In this document: positions 20,457-30,090 of the stretch, one piece after another | Position numbering within the stretch: position 1 is the stretch's first letter | How the letters are laid out: the number at the start of each line of letters is the position of its first letter | From: Candidatus Bathyarchaeia archaeon | Lineage (GTDB): Archaea; Thermoproteota; Bathyarchaeia; Bathyarchaeales; Bathycorpusculaceae | Reading direction: 5' to 3' | DNA length: 64,000 nt | Assembly (NCBI GenBank): GCA_049512075.1 | Contig: JBEKXL010000001.1 | Location: 160,001 to 224,000, forward strand | The notes under the pieces: model-generated | What the model saw: the letters and a program-made list of their open reading frames with translations, nothing else | Told to the model about the DNA's origin: nothing | Databases searched by the model: none | Translations under genes and position numbers: made by a program

Positions 20457-20539
20457 AATCCAGATTGTCAGTTCACAAGCTTCGACGAAACAGCTATTTG
20501 ACCCTTCTGAACCACAAATACATATTGACAATTCAGGTT
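20457..20539 (-). promoter_or_regulatory. Duplicated upstream element of arlH-arlI-arlJ
   Basis: ~85 bp homologous to 24405-24482: AATCCAGATT, TTCACAAGC, CTATTTGAC.CTTCTGAACC and AACCAC-N18-CAGGTT. Confidence 0.75.
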
Positions 20540-20540
20540 G

Positions 20541-22229
20541 CTAATTTTCTTCTCTTGAGCGATGCTTTTCTCTGAATGCGACGATAAGCAACGTCATTAT
20601 GATGAATAAAAATGCAGCTTCCAATGGAGGAAACTCCGGCACAACCGCATATATGTAGTATTGTCCTTGATTGTCTCCGATTTTTTCGTTTCCAGCGTTG
20701 TCATACGCGAGTATTCTGTATTCCACTCGAGTATTTGCTTGTTGCCCTGGAACGGTGCACTCATACAACCCTGTTGTAGAATTGAAAGACATTTGGGCGT
20801 CAAACCAAGTGTTGTTGTTTATGGTGTACGACAATGTGACACTTTTAATACCGCTTCCAGGATCGGTAACGTTCACCAAGATTTTTGTTCCTTGAGCGGG
20901 TTGAACTTCATTTTCGGGCATGCGCGATTCGTTTTCAATCAGGGGAACCGTCGTTTCCAGTGTCACATTGGCCGAATAAGCGTCGGAAACCAGACCCGCA
21001 TTGTCCATAAACTGGACATAGACTGTTTTTGGCCCGTCACCGGAGGCAAGCATCCAGTTACTTGAAGAATTGAAGGTTCCCCAATCCGACCAGGTCATGT
21101 TGTCATTGCTGAACCGCATTTGGGCAACAGCTGAAATGGCGTCACTTGCAGAAAGCGCCAAGATCACCGATGTTGAGTTCACATAGGCCGCATTCCCATT
21201 GACAAATATGGAACCGTTAGGCGGAGTCCTATCCAGTTTTATGCCTGTCAGGAGGTTGTGCGGAAGTTCTTCGTGCCCCGAATTGTCCGTGCTCCAGTAC
21301 TCCAGCGTATTGTTGGCGCTTTCCACGCTGATTTGCGGTTGACCGCTTGTGCTTACGTTCTGGATTGGCCCGTTGTCGATCCGATAATACGTTTCTGCCA
21401 CACCACTTTCACCGTCAAATGCCATCAGTGTTATAGTAAAACCTGTGGTGTGCCACAATCCATCATAATTGTCAAAAGTAGAGGGCAAGGTTGAATTTTT
21501 CACGACTACGAAAGTGACAGAGTCTTCGATAGGATTCCCAGCGACAATAGACTTAGCAGTACAGTGAAATACACCTTCTTCAGATGGCAAAATTAGAAAA
21601 ACAGTTACTCGCCCGTAAACATCTGTTAGGTTGTTTTGACTGCTTAAGAGGGTTCCGTTGGGGCCAAATACTTGGAACAAAACACTCATTCCGGGCACGG
21701 GACTGCTATCATTGCTTATGCTGGCCATAAATGAAGCCTGTTCTCCCAAGCTGTAGGATTGCTTGTCGCTTGTCACGTGGACCTCATAGGTATCGATGCG
21801 GTACAAAGCAACGAAATAGATGTCTATCGGGGGTGCACCAGTATCGTTTTCATAATTCACAAAAGTGAAATACCACCGATCCGTGGCTGGAATAACGAAC
21901 GTTCTATTCAAGAATGAAGTCGAGCTGTTCCATTCTGAGGAAACCGTCAGCCAACGGGTTGAGTTGCTCATTTCAAAGTCCCAAGAATTCTGGCAATAGA
22001 AGTCTATTGTTCTTGAAGCATTGAACGCAATTTTCACGTTGGTTCCGCCGTTTAGGGGTATGCTAGAAAAATTGTAGTGCATTGATGCCACATAATATGA
22101 ATCTGTAAAGATTGTGGTCTCTATCGCAATTGTGGAGGCTGATTTGGCCCTTTGGATGTTCGATCCGATAATTAGAATACTAATCAAAATCAGTGTGCAC
22201 GTTGCCCCGTATAGCTTTGGTTTCGACAA
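20541..22229 (-). CDS. Cell-surface multi-Ig-like glycoprotein with PEF-CTERM-like sorting signal
   Basis: Signal peptide, many N-x-S/T sequons, beta-rich modules, C-terminal VVPEFP + TM + basic tail. Confidence 0.8.
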   Translation of the reverse strand: MSKPKLYGATCTLILISILIIGSNIQRAKSASTIAIETTIFTDSYYVASMHYNFSSIPLNGGTNVKIAFNASRTIDFYCQNSWDFEMSNSTRWLTVSSEWNSSTSFLNRTFVIPATDRWYFTFVNYENDTGAPPIDIYFVALYRIDTYEVHVTSDKQSYSLGEQASFMASISNDSSPVPGMSVLFQVFGPNGTLLSSQNNLTDVYGRVTVFLILPSEEGVFHCTAKSIVAGNPIEDSVTFVVVKNSTLPSTFDNYDGLWHTTGFTITLMAFDGESGVAETYYRIDNGPIQNVSTSGQPQISVESANNTLEYWSTDNSGHEELPHNLLTGIKLDRTPPNGSIFVNGNAAYVNSTSVILALSASDAISAVAQMRFSNDNMTWSDWGTFNSSSNWMLASGDGPKTVYVQFMDNAGLVSDAYSANVTLETTVPLIENESRMPENEVQPAQGTKILVNVTDPGSGIKSVTLSYTINNNTWFDAQMSFNSTTGLYECTVPGQQANTRVEYRILAYDNAGNEKIGDNQGQYYIYAVVPEFPPLEAAFLFIIMTLLIVAFREKHRSREEN

Positions 22230-22408
22230 TTTCTTTTTTCTGCCTAGTTAGAGTAGTAATGTCGGCAGATATATTTTGCGACTTTTCCCACCTGCTAGCA
22301 TATTGGCGTACAGTCAATCGTTCATACCAAGAATGGGCGGTGAGGAAAGAAGTAGAAATAGATGATTTGCTTGTATCTGTCTGACTGTCTCCTGCGCACA
22401 AGTAGCCA

Positions 22409-22993
22409 CTAGCCAACGAGGCCTCCGCCAACGATGTATCCGCCTAGCCCGGATGCGTGCGCTATTTGTTCACCATAGGTTAGTACTAGGACTTCTTGTC
22501 TGGCAGTGACGCCGTAGTGAGACGCGAAGACAACGTTAACGACGCTCCCAAGCTGAATATCAGGAGCGCCTGATGGCAGATCTACCTGAATAAGTGCTTG
22601 TTCGCCAGGTTTGATGCTCTGATGAGACGTAACGTCAAACGATTCGTTGGTGCCGATAGCATTGATGGCCAAAACGGCATAGTTGTCTACCAAGTATGCT
22701 TGCCAATCGGTATTGTTGTACGTGACTATTACACTGTTCCACGCGAACGTCTCATTTCTCAGGAATATGTCCCTCGAGCCAGTGTTTTGAACAGAAAAAT
22801 TGAGCGATCTGCTTTCTACACTTGCGATTGCGAGGCCGAGCTGAACATTGAGTCTGACGTCATCACTTGACGGTGAGTTAACTAGGGTCCCTACGTTGTT
22901 CAAGGTAGTAAGCAACGCGGTTGAAATCGCCCCGACGAAAGCTATCCAACCCACCAGAACAATCGCTGAAGCTATTGACACCGAGAGCCCCAT
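22409..22993 (-). CDS. arlF: Archaellum stator protein ArlF (FlaF)
   Basis: MGLSVSIASAIV N-terminal TM, VQNTGS and IKPGE motifs; next to arlG. Confidence 0.8.
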   Translation of the reverse strand: MGLSVSIASAIVLVGWIAFVGAISTALLTTLNNVGTLVNSPSSDDVRLNVQLGLAIASVESRSLNFSVQNTGSRDIFLRNETFAWNSVIVTYNNTDWQAYLVDNYAVLAINAIGTNESFDVTSHQSIKPGEQALIQVDLPSGAPDIQLGSVVNVVFASHYGVTARQEVLVLTYGEQIAHASGLGGYIVGGGLVG

Positions 22994-23007
22994 TGATGGT
23001 CACCGTT

Positions 23008-23505
23008 CTAGGGAGGTGAAAACATGTAGCTGCTAGGGATTCCCCTGTAAGGGACGACCTTTGCCTCGTAAAGGTTGCCAGACACGTTTGTCGCGTTGTA
23101 AACCTGTATGATGGCGGCTTCTCCTACCTGAACGACACCGTTTCCGTCTGCGTCAGTCATATTGAACATTCCACTTCCCGTTGTCGCGCTTGCGTTGTAA
23201 GAGTACAACATAGCCTGACCGTAAGCACCGACGTAGACACTGATCAGTTCAAAGTCTGACATTGGAAGACTTCCAGTGTTCTTTGCGTATATCGTGAACA
23301 GTGGACTTGGATTCGATGTCTGGTTAACGACGGCGTAGACTATGTCCAACTGCGTGTTCATGTTCTTCTTAGCGGCGTCAAGGTTTTGCATTATGTTACT
23401 CTGAAGCGACGTCCCAGCGTATATCGCGTAGGCTGCAAAGCCGCTTGCCATAACGACTGATGCGATAACCATGATTGCTTCGGTTATTGTAAGCGAAAAC
23501 CCCAT
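23008..23505 (-). CDS. arlG: Archaellum stator protein ArlG (FlaG)
   Basis: ITEAIMVIASVVMA, IYAKNTGS and VGE motifs. Confidence 0.85.
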   Translation of the reverse strand: MGFSLTITEAIMVIASVVMASGFAAYAIYAGTSLQSNIMQNLDAAKKNMNTQLDIVYAVVNQTSNPSPLFTIYAKNTGSLPMSDFELISVYVGAYGQAMLYSYNASATTGSGMFNMTDADGNGVVQVGEAAIIQVYNATNVSGNLYEAKVVPYRGIPSSYMFSPP

Positions 23506-24351
23506 TTATGGCTCTGCCGCCTTGCATTTCTTTAAGACACGCATTATCAGCCCGCTCAGATCCTGTGGGTCCGTCTTCGCGCCGGAAGCATGTGCTGCAC
23601 CATAGATGATGAGAATCACTTCTTCGGCTGATAGGTTCTGAGATCTTGCTCTGACGACGGCGCCAACCAAGTTTGACACGTGCTCACTGTAACCTTTGGG
23701 CATTAAATCGGAGAACTCGCAATAGTCACATATTCTGTGTATGCTCTCTTCGTCAAAACCCAAGTCCAACATCGTATAAACCCACTGTACAATTGAAGTT
23801 CCTTTGTTCACACTGCCCATTCCTTCTAGGGGATTATCAGTCATTCTTTCTTTCCCTCCTATTTCTCCAACTTGTTTTTCCGTAGTGAACTTGTTTTCAG
23901 GCTTCTCGATTTCAGGGACTGAAGGAAAGCTAGCAGCATCTTTGGTGTCAACGTAGCTCTCCACGGCGAACCCAGCCTCTTCGGCCTTTTTGGGCTCGCA
24001 TGCAGCAGGCATCTGCGTTTCTGAAGCACTCTTTGCTTCGAGTTTTCCTGCTGCTTGTCCTTTTGCTAAGAGCTTATTCTCAATAATCGGTTTTGCTTGA
24101 ACTACCTTGTTGAGGTCTTCCTCGCTCGTGATAAGCTGCAAAAGATTGAACGGGTTCTGAGACTCACTCAGAAGACTTCGAATGTCCACAATCGTATTCT
24201 TCAAATCTTCAACCGTGTTCTTGAGCGTCATGAAAGTATCAACATCGGACTTGAGCTTCTTGACATCCTTCTCAACCTCCCCAATCCTCCCATTCTCGTT
24301 CGCACCAGCATTTGGAGCCCCACTCGCTGCCACATTCGGATTTTCACTCAT
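23506..24351 (-). CDS. ArlC/ArlD-E-like fused archaellum accessory protein
   Basis: N-terminal coiled coil ending in SQNPF (FlaC-like); C-terminal QWV.TML..G...I.DYC (FlaD/E-like); first gene of the arlG-arlF unit. Confidence 0.65.
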   Translation of the reverse strand: MSENPNVAASGAPNAGANENGRIGEVEKDVKKLKSDVDTFMTLKNTVEDLKNTIVDIRSLLSESQNPFNLLQLITSEEDLNKVVQAKPIIENKLLAKGQAAGKLEAKSASETQMPAACEPKKAEEAGFAVESYVDTKDAASFPSVPEIEKPENKFTTEKQVGEIGGKERMTDNPLEGMGSVNKGTSIVQWVYTMLDLGFDEESIHRICDYCEFSDLMPKGYSEHVSNLVGAVVRARSQNLSAEEVILIIYGAAHASGAKTDPQDLSGLIMRVLKKCKAAEP

Positions 24352-24404
24352 ACCATCACCTTCGACCTATTCAATACATGTGCTTGATCGGATTCCAACT
24401 CTAA

Positions 24405-24482
24405 ATCCAGATTGACACTTCACAAGCCCCAAAGACCTATTTGACACTTCTGAACCTGAAATATGAATTAGTAATACAGGTT
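24405..24482 (-). promoter_or_regulatory. Duplicated upstream element of arlCDE-arlG-arlF
   Basis: Homologous to 20457-20539; perfect AACCTG-N18-CAGGTT at 24453-24482; TTGACACTTC twice. Confidence 0.75.
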
Positions 24483-24732
24483 GGCAACTCTACTAAGAGC
24501 ACTCTCGAAAGCTCTCACGTTTACTGAAGACTCTGGACAATGAGAATGGGTGAATGCGAAATCAACATATGCAACTCCCACGTGTTTCAGGAATATTGTT
24601 CAACGAGAAAGATTGCAGATTTTCACAGGTGATCTTAACAGCCTCTTCATAAGGTTCATACTCGCCGCCGCGATCACAGTTGACATAGGGCGAACCACTC
24701 CCAACAAACGTTTCAAGAAGGGCTGAGTAAAA

Positions 24733-25113
24733 ATGATGGCAAAGATTACAACCATTGTCGTTTCAATCGCCATAATTGTAGGGCTAACGGCCAGTATGCT
24801 GGTTCCCCGCATAACGAATCCGACCTCTCCACAGACCCTCCTGAACAGAACGACAATTCTCACCGACGATAACTACGAAGTGGGATACCCTCTCAACCTG
24901 ACAAGAGGCGAAAGAGTTGACGCTAAGGTATCAGGCAACGGTCAACCCATCGACTTCAGAATAACGGATGACCAATCTTCAACGCTTATAGAAAAAGTAG
25001 GAGACACCTTTTATGATGTCCCCTGGCAGGCCCCGGCTGATGGGACTTACACTTTCTACATCAGTGCCTATGTAGGGGACGTCACAACGACAGTGATAGT
25101 GACCAAAACATAA
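24733..25113 (+). CDS. Small membrane-anchored beta-sandwich (GOLD/PPC-like) protein
   Basis: N-terminal TM; W.APADGTYTFYI motif. Confidence 0.65.
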   Translation: MMAKITTIVVSIAIIVGLTASMLVPRITNPTSPQTLLNRTTILTDDNYEVGYPLNLTRGERVDAKVSGNGQPIDFRITDDQSSTLIEKVGDTFYDVPWQAPADGTYTFYISAYVGDVTTTVIVTKT

Positions 25114-25244
25114 CACTTCTCGTTCCAAGCTTTCCTTGTCTATTGGTCAAAAAGAGGATTGTTGATACTGAGCAAGAATTCATAAATCTCTTTAATAAAG
25201 TGGGCTAACAAGATAAAACTGAAAACCCAATACATGGTGAAATA

Positions 25245-25442
25245 ATGTCCTCGGAAGTCGTTGTCCCACGTCCAGCTGAAACCAAAAAGAACAGCGCAGG
25301 CGGAAGGTGCTTGTTATGGCGGATGTGTCCTGTCGTCACCCTAAAAGAAAAAGATTGCATCCACAAGGGCAGTCCGTCCTGCAAAGAATTCATCAGATGG
25401 CTGAACAGCTCTGAAGGCCGATACACGGGAGACCTGCGCTAA
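25245..25442 (+). CDS. Small Cys-rich hypothetical protein
   Basis: GGTGA RBS-like site 5 nt upstream; four Cys (C-x4-C-x9-C-x7-C); T-rich tract downstream. Confidence 0.4.
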   Translation: MSSEVVVPRPAETKKNSAGGRCLLWRMCPVVTLKEKDCIHKGSPSCKEFIRWLNSSEGRYTGDLR

Positions 25443-26187
25443 ACAAAAACATTATGGCGCACAGCCGGCGGGAAACAGAAACACACGCCTGCACATCCCT
25501 TTTTCTTATTCGACAGGAGCAAATTCTCGCAAGCACAAGAACAACCAACACACTCGGACAACTCTTCAGACGGAAAACTTTTAAACATCAAATGCTAACA
25601 GACGGGAGTTTGCATTAGAAGAAAGGAGAAACAGTCCCTCCGCCCAAAATCTTTCTGAACACAAAAGGTTTTGCGTTCCATCACTTCTTGAGACCCTGAG
25701 ATCAGAACTCAGAGACTCTGAATGAAGTGAGGCTCGTTAGAGCACTTATGTCTGAAAAGCAGCATTGTTCCAGCGTCAATGCTAGAAGTGATTAAACGCA
25801 TGCGAGAGGTGTGGAGGTGACGATGAAGACGTTTATACACCTCTCGCACGGGCACCTGATCTCTTAGGCTGTGGACACATAGACGAGATAGAGTCATGGT
25901 TCACCAGTTTGGCAAGCCCGAAAGATATCTCTAATATTAATACTTAATAAATATTACCGTTGAGCCGTGCAACAGAAGCACATAGCACGAAAACAGGACA
26001 GAAAAAGCGCCGACAGGACACACAGCAGGCATCTCCCACAAAGGCGGGATGAAATGAGGCCATTTTGCGGGCGGTTTCTCGCCCGAATGATATTCCAGTG
26101 CAGAAAGTGAATCTGGATTGGGAATCAAGATTCCGTATTCATAACTGATATCAATATAGACTCGAAAAGGTGACTTCGTGATAGCCT

Positions 26188-29100
26188 TTGGTAAGAGTTC
26201 TGGCCTTGAAAAGGAAGCTATTGGTTCTAGGCATAATCATCATGATGACCTCATTATTCGTCAAGCTAGAACCCGATGTGAACGCCCAACCCGGCTCAGA
26301 GTATCAGAGATACGTGCTCAATTACTCAAACGGCACTTACATCGGAAAGCCAATGTTTCCGGTACTGATTAACGATTCTCAAATACTTGTGGGTCAAAAC
26401 TGGACGATAGTATGTCCCCTGGAGGCCGCTCATTCTTATCACGCTTACCTTTACGGCGCTTGGGTCAACAACGGATCGCAGCCAAAAACAGACTACAACG
26501 TCTACGTCTACGACCCAAACGGTGCACTAGTGGGCATACACACGGAATCCGCGGGGCTACTTGAACACCTAGGAGACACTGTGGATACACCGTTCTTCAC
26601 GCCGGAAAAAACAGGCAACTACACCTTCATAATAGCAAACAATGCAGGAACAAGCCAAGCAGCACAACAAGCAACATTCATGATAATAGAAAACATCCAG
26701 ACAAACACTTGGTACCAACAATACATCGCGGGCCAAATATTCGGCATGCCCATGTTCAACACCAGCTGGGCCTACGACTTTGTGACAAACAGCCAGAACG
26801 TGGAAGTGCAAGTCAAAGTACCTTATACATTAGACATGTACGAAGCCAGGCTCTACGTCATGGCAGACCCGACAGTCCCAAATGAGACAGTCCTGGACGG
26901 CGTACCACTGGCATGGGAACCAGGACTCTACGGCAACACAACCAGCACAACCATGACAGGCACATCTGGCACGAACGCAACAATAGGCGGCTACAACTTA
27001 GACGCTGAAGGGTACCGAGGAGTAGCCTACGCAAGCTGCGAATACCCAGGCCAAGACATGCTCATAAACTACACGTCACCACACAGAGGGCAAACCCTGT
27101 ACCACCTGGTACTAATAGGCGAGTACGGCTCAGGAACAGTTGACTTCCTAGTCAAAACAATATTCGACGCTTCCCTGCAACCGTCAATAGTCCCGGGCAA
27201 CGTGTATTTGGACACTGATGCCACCATATCTTATGTTTTAGAGTCCACGGACCTCATTAACGCAACCCTACGATACTCAACCAACAACTGGACAACCACA
27301 ACCACGATTCCAATGGAAATCTCAGACGACAACAGAACCTGCACCGCAGTCATTCCCGCACAAGCTGCAAGCACACTTGTCACCTACAGCGTCCAAGCCT
27401 ACGATTATCTAGAAGACTTACTTGTTGCAAGTGGAAACTATACCGTGAGGCAATCTTCGTTAACCTTCTTAACAAAACCCATGTTCCCAGTAATATTCAA
27501 CAATTCCCAGATCGAGATAGGCCGAGACTGGAGCGTCGTCACCACTTTGCAGGCAGGTCATTCTTATCACGCTTACCTTTACGGCGCCTTCGCGAACAAC
27601 GGGTCACAGCCAAAAACCGAATACGACGTCTACCTTTACGACCCAAACGACACGCTCGTGGGTTACCACACAGAATCCGCAGGACTACTTCAACACTTGG
27701 GCGACACCGTGGACGCGCCGTACTTCACGGCGAAAAGCACTGGCAACTACACGTTCATAATCGCAAACAATGCAGGCGCAAGCCAAGCAGCACAACAAGC
27801 AACATTCATGATTATCGAAAACATTCAACTCAACACTTGGCACCAGCAATACATAGAAGGAGAAGATAACAACAACTCGTCCGCCTTGAACACCAGTTGG
27901 GCCTACGATTTTGTAACGGGCAGCAAGCAAGTGGAAGTAGACGTCAAAGTTCCTGACGCACTGGACATGTACGAGGCCAGACTCTACCTTATGGCCGATC
28001 CGACAGTCGCAAACGAGACAATCTTGAACGACGTACCACTAGCATGGGAACCAGGACTCTACGGCAACAGAACTGGCATCTTCGGCGGCTACAACTTGAA
28101 CAGTGAAGGGTACCGAGGAGTAGCCTACGCAAGCTGCGAATACCCAGGCCAAGACATGCTCATAAACTACACGTCACCAGACGCTGGGCAAACCCTGTAC
28201 CACCTGGTACTAATAGGCGAGTACGGCTCAGGAACGGTACAGTTCCGAGTCAAGACCGTGTTTGACCCTGCCTTGCTGCCGTCAATAGTGCCAGATAAGG
28301 TGTACCCAGACGCTGACGTTACAATCGCTTACGTTTCAAAGTCCACAGACCTCATTAACGCAACCCTACGATACTCAACCAACAACTGGACAACCACAAC
28401 CACGATTCCAATGGAAATCTCAGACGACAACAGAACCTGCACCGCAACAATCCCAAGACAGGCCGCAGATACATTCGTCTTTTTTGGAGTTGAAGCTTAC
28501 GACTCTCTGGATAACAGGCTTATCGCTTACGGAAACTATACTGTAATACGAAGCTCGACCTATCTCGAAAAACCGATGTCACCCGTATGGTTCGATGATT
28601 CCCAGATGGAGATAGGCCGAAACTGGAACGTCACCTGCCTACTAGAAGCAAACCGAACCTACCACGTCTACCTTTATGGCGCTTGGGTGAACAACGGATC
28701 TAACCCGAAAACAGACTACAACGTCTACGTCTACGACCCCTACGGCAATTCTGAAAGCAACCACACCGCGTCTGCGGGACTACTTCAACACCTGGGCGAC
28801 ACCTCAGATACACCCTTCTTCACTCCAAGATACAGTGGCAACTACACCTTCCAAATAGTGAACAGTGCCGAGGGAAGCGTTGAAGCTCAGCAGGCAACTT
28901 TCATGATAATCGAAGACGTTGAACCCAACACGTGGAATCAACGTTACATAGAAGGCACGAACAACGGTGTCCCAACTCTTAACACGAGCTGGGGCTACGA
29001 ATTTGTAACCGACAGCCACAATGTACAGATTCTAGTCAGCGTTCCAGACACGTTAACCATGTACGAGGCTAGGCTTTACCCGATGGCCGATCCAACAGTA

Positions 29101-30090
29101 AAGAATGAAACCATCCTAGACGGCGTACCACTAGCTTGGGAACCAGGACTCTACGGCAACACAATTAGCACAACCAACGCAACAGGGGGAACAGGCACAA
29201 CCGTCACCATAGGCGGCTACAACTTGGATGCTGAAGGGTACCGAGGGGTAGCTTTTGCAACCTGCGATCACGCGGGTCAGGACATGCTCATAAACTACAC
29301 GTCACCACACGCAGGGCAAACCCTGTACCACTTGGTACTCATAGGCGGAAAAGGTAGCGGGACAGTGGAGTTTCTGGTCAAAACAATTTTCAATGCCAGT
29401 TTGCAGGCGTCAATCGTCCCGGGCAGGTTGTATCCCAATGACACCGGCCTAGTCGCCTATGTTTCCACTTCAACGGACTTAATTAACGCAACGCTACAGT
29501 ACTCAACCAACAACTGGGGAAATGCAACTACCATCCCAATGGAAATCTTTGACAACAGAACGTGCAGAACGACTATTCCGGGACAAGTTGCTGGAACAAA
29601 CGTGGTTTACGGAATCGAAGCTACAGATTTGCTGACAGACATTCTTGTTGCCAACGGAAGCTACACCGTGAAGAACCCCTCAATGCTTAACATAACTGTG
29701 ATCCGTCCAACGGTAACATTTGGGGACAACATAACCGTCAAAGGCTCCATGACTCCACAGGCAGCGGGCATGCCTATCACTGTTTATTTTGACTCTGGAA
29801 ACGATAGCGAAAACATAGTGTGTTTCACGCTTGCAGATGGTTCGTTCACGGCAAGCCTCTCGTCGAATGCCACGGGAACTTGGAACGTTCAAGCTGTGTT
29901 CTATGAGGATGCGTCAACTTATGGAAGCATGAGCCAACAATTGGTGGCAACCGTTGAAGGACCGTCCTTTTTGGCCCAGTATTCTCTCTACATAGGTCTA
30001 GGAGTCGGAGCCGCAGCAGCAGGCTCAGCAATCCTGATGCTATATCTTAGAAAATGGCGTGGTCGCGCACTAGCAGAAGAAGAATGGTGA
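26188..30090 (+). CDS. 1300-aa cell-surface glycoprotein with three ~370-aa tandem repeats and a C-terminal Ig-like domain + TM anchor
   Basis: Signal peptide; repeats start KPMFPV/KPMFPV/KPMSPV; abundant sequons; TM followed by RKWRGR. Confidence 0.9.
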   Translation: MVRVLALKRKLLVLGIIIMMTSLFVKLEPDVNAQPGSEYQRYVLNYSNGTYIGKPMFPVLINDSQILVGQNWTIVCPLEAAHSYHAYLYGAWVNNGSQPKTDYNVYVYDPNGALVGIHTESAGLLEHLGDTVDTPFFTPEKTGNYTFIIANNAGTSQAAQQATFMIIENIQTNTWYQQYIAGQIFGMPMFNTSWAYDFVTNSQNVEVQVKVPYTLDMYEARLYVMADPTVPNETVLDGVPLAWEPGLYGNTTSTTMTGTSGTNATIGGYNLDAEGYRGVAYASCEYPGQDMLINYTSPHRGQTLYHLVLIGEYGSGTVDFLVKTIFDASLQPSIVPGNVYLDTDATISYVLESTDLINATLRYSTNNWTTTTTIPMEISDDNRTCTAVIPAQAASTLVTYSVQAYDYLEDLLVASGNYTVRQSSLTFLTKPMFPVIFNNSQIEIGRDWSVVTTLQAGHSYHAYLYGAFANNGSQPKTEYDVYLYDPNDTLVGYHTESAGLLQHLGDTVDAPYFTAKSTGNYTFIIANNAGASQAAQQATFMIIENIQLNTWHQQYIEGEDNNNSSALNTSWAYDFVTGSKQVEVDVKVPDALDMYEARLYLMADPTVANETILNDVPLAWEPGLYGNRTGIFGGYNLNSEGYRGVAYASCEYPGQDMLINYTSPDAGQTLYHLVLIGEYGSGTVQFRVKTVFDPALLPSIVPDKVYPDADVTIAYVSKSTDLINATLRYSTNNWTTTTTIPMEISDDNRTCTATIPRQAADTFVFFGVEAYDSLDNRLIAYGNYTVIRSSTYLEKPMSPVWFDDSQMEIGRNWNVTCLLEANRTYHVYLYGAWVNNGSNPKTDYNVYVYDPYGNSESNHTASAGLLQHLGDTSDTPFFTPRYSGNYTFQIVNSAEGSVEAQQATFMIIEDVEPNTWNQRYIEGTNNGVPTLNTSWGYEFVTDSHNVQILVSVPDTLTMYEARLYPMADPTVKNETILDGVPLAWEPGLYGNTISTTNATGGTGTTVTIGGYNLDAEGYRGVAFATCDHAGQDMLINYTSPHAGQTLYHLVLIGGKGSGTVEFLVKTIFNASLQASIVPGRLYPNDTGLVAYVSTSTDLINATLQYSTNNWGNATTIPMEIFDNRTCRTTIPGQVAGTNVVYGIEATDLLTDILVANGSYTVKNPSMLNITVIRPTVTFGDNITVKGSMTPQAAGMPITVYFDSGNDSENIVCFTLADGSFTASLSSNATGTWNVQAVFYEDASTYGSMSQQLVATVEGPSFLAQYSLYIGLGVGAAAAGSAILMLYLRKWRGRALAEEEW
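26347..29670 (+). repeat. Three intragenic tandem repeats of ~1.1 kb
   Basis: Units start at 26347, 27475 and 28570 (periods 1128 and 1095 bp); identical patches, e.g. 27250-27348 vs 28348-28446. Confidence 0.92.
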
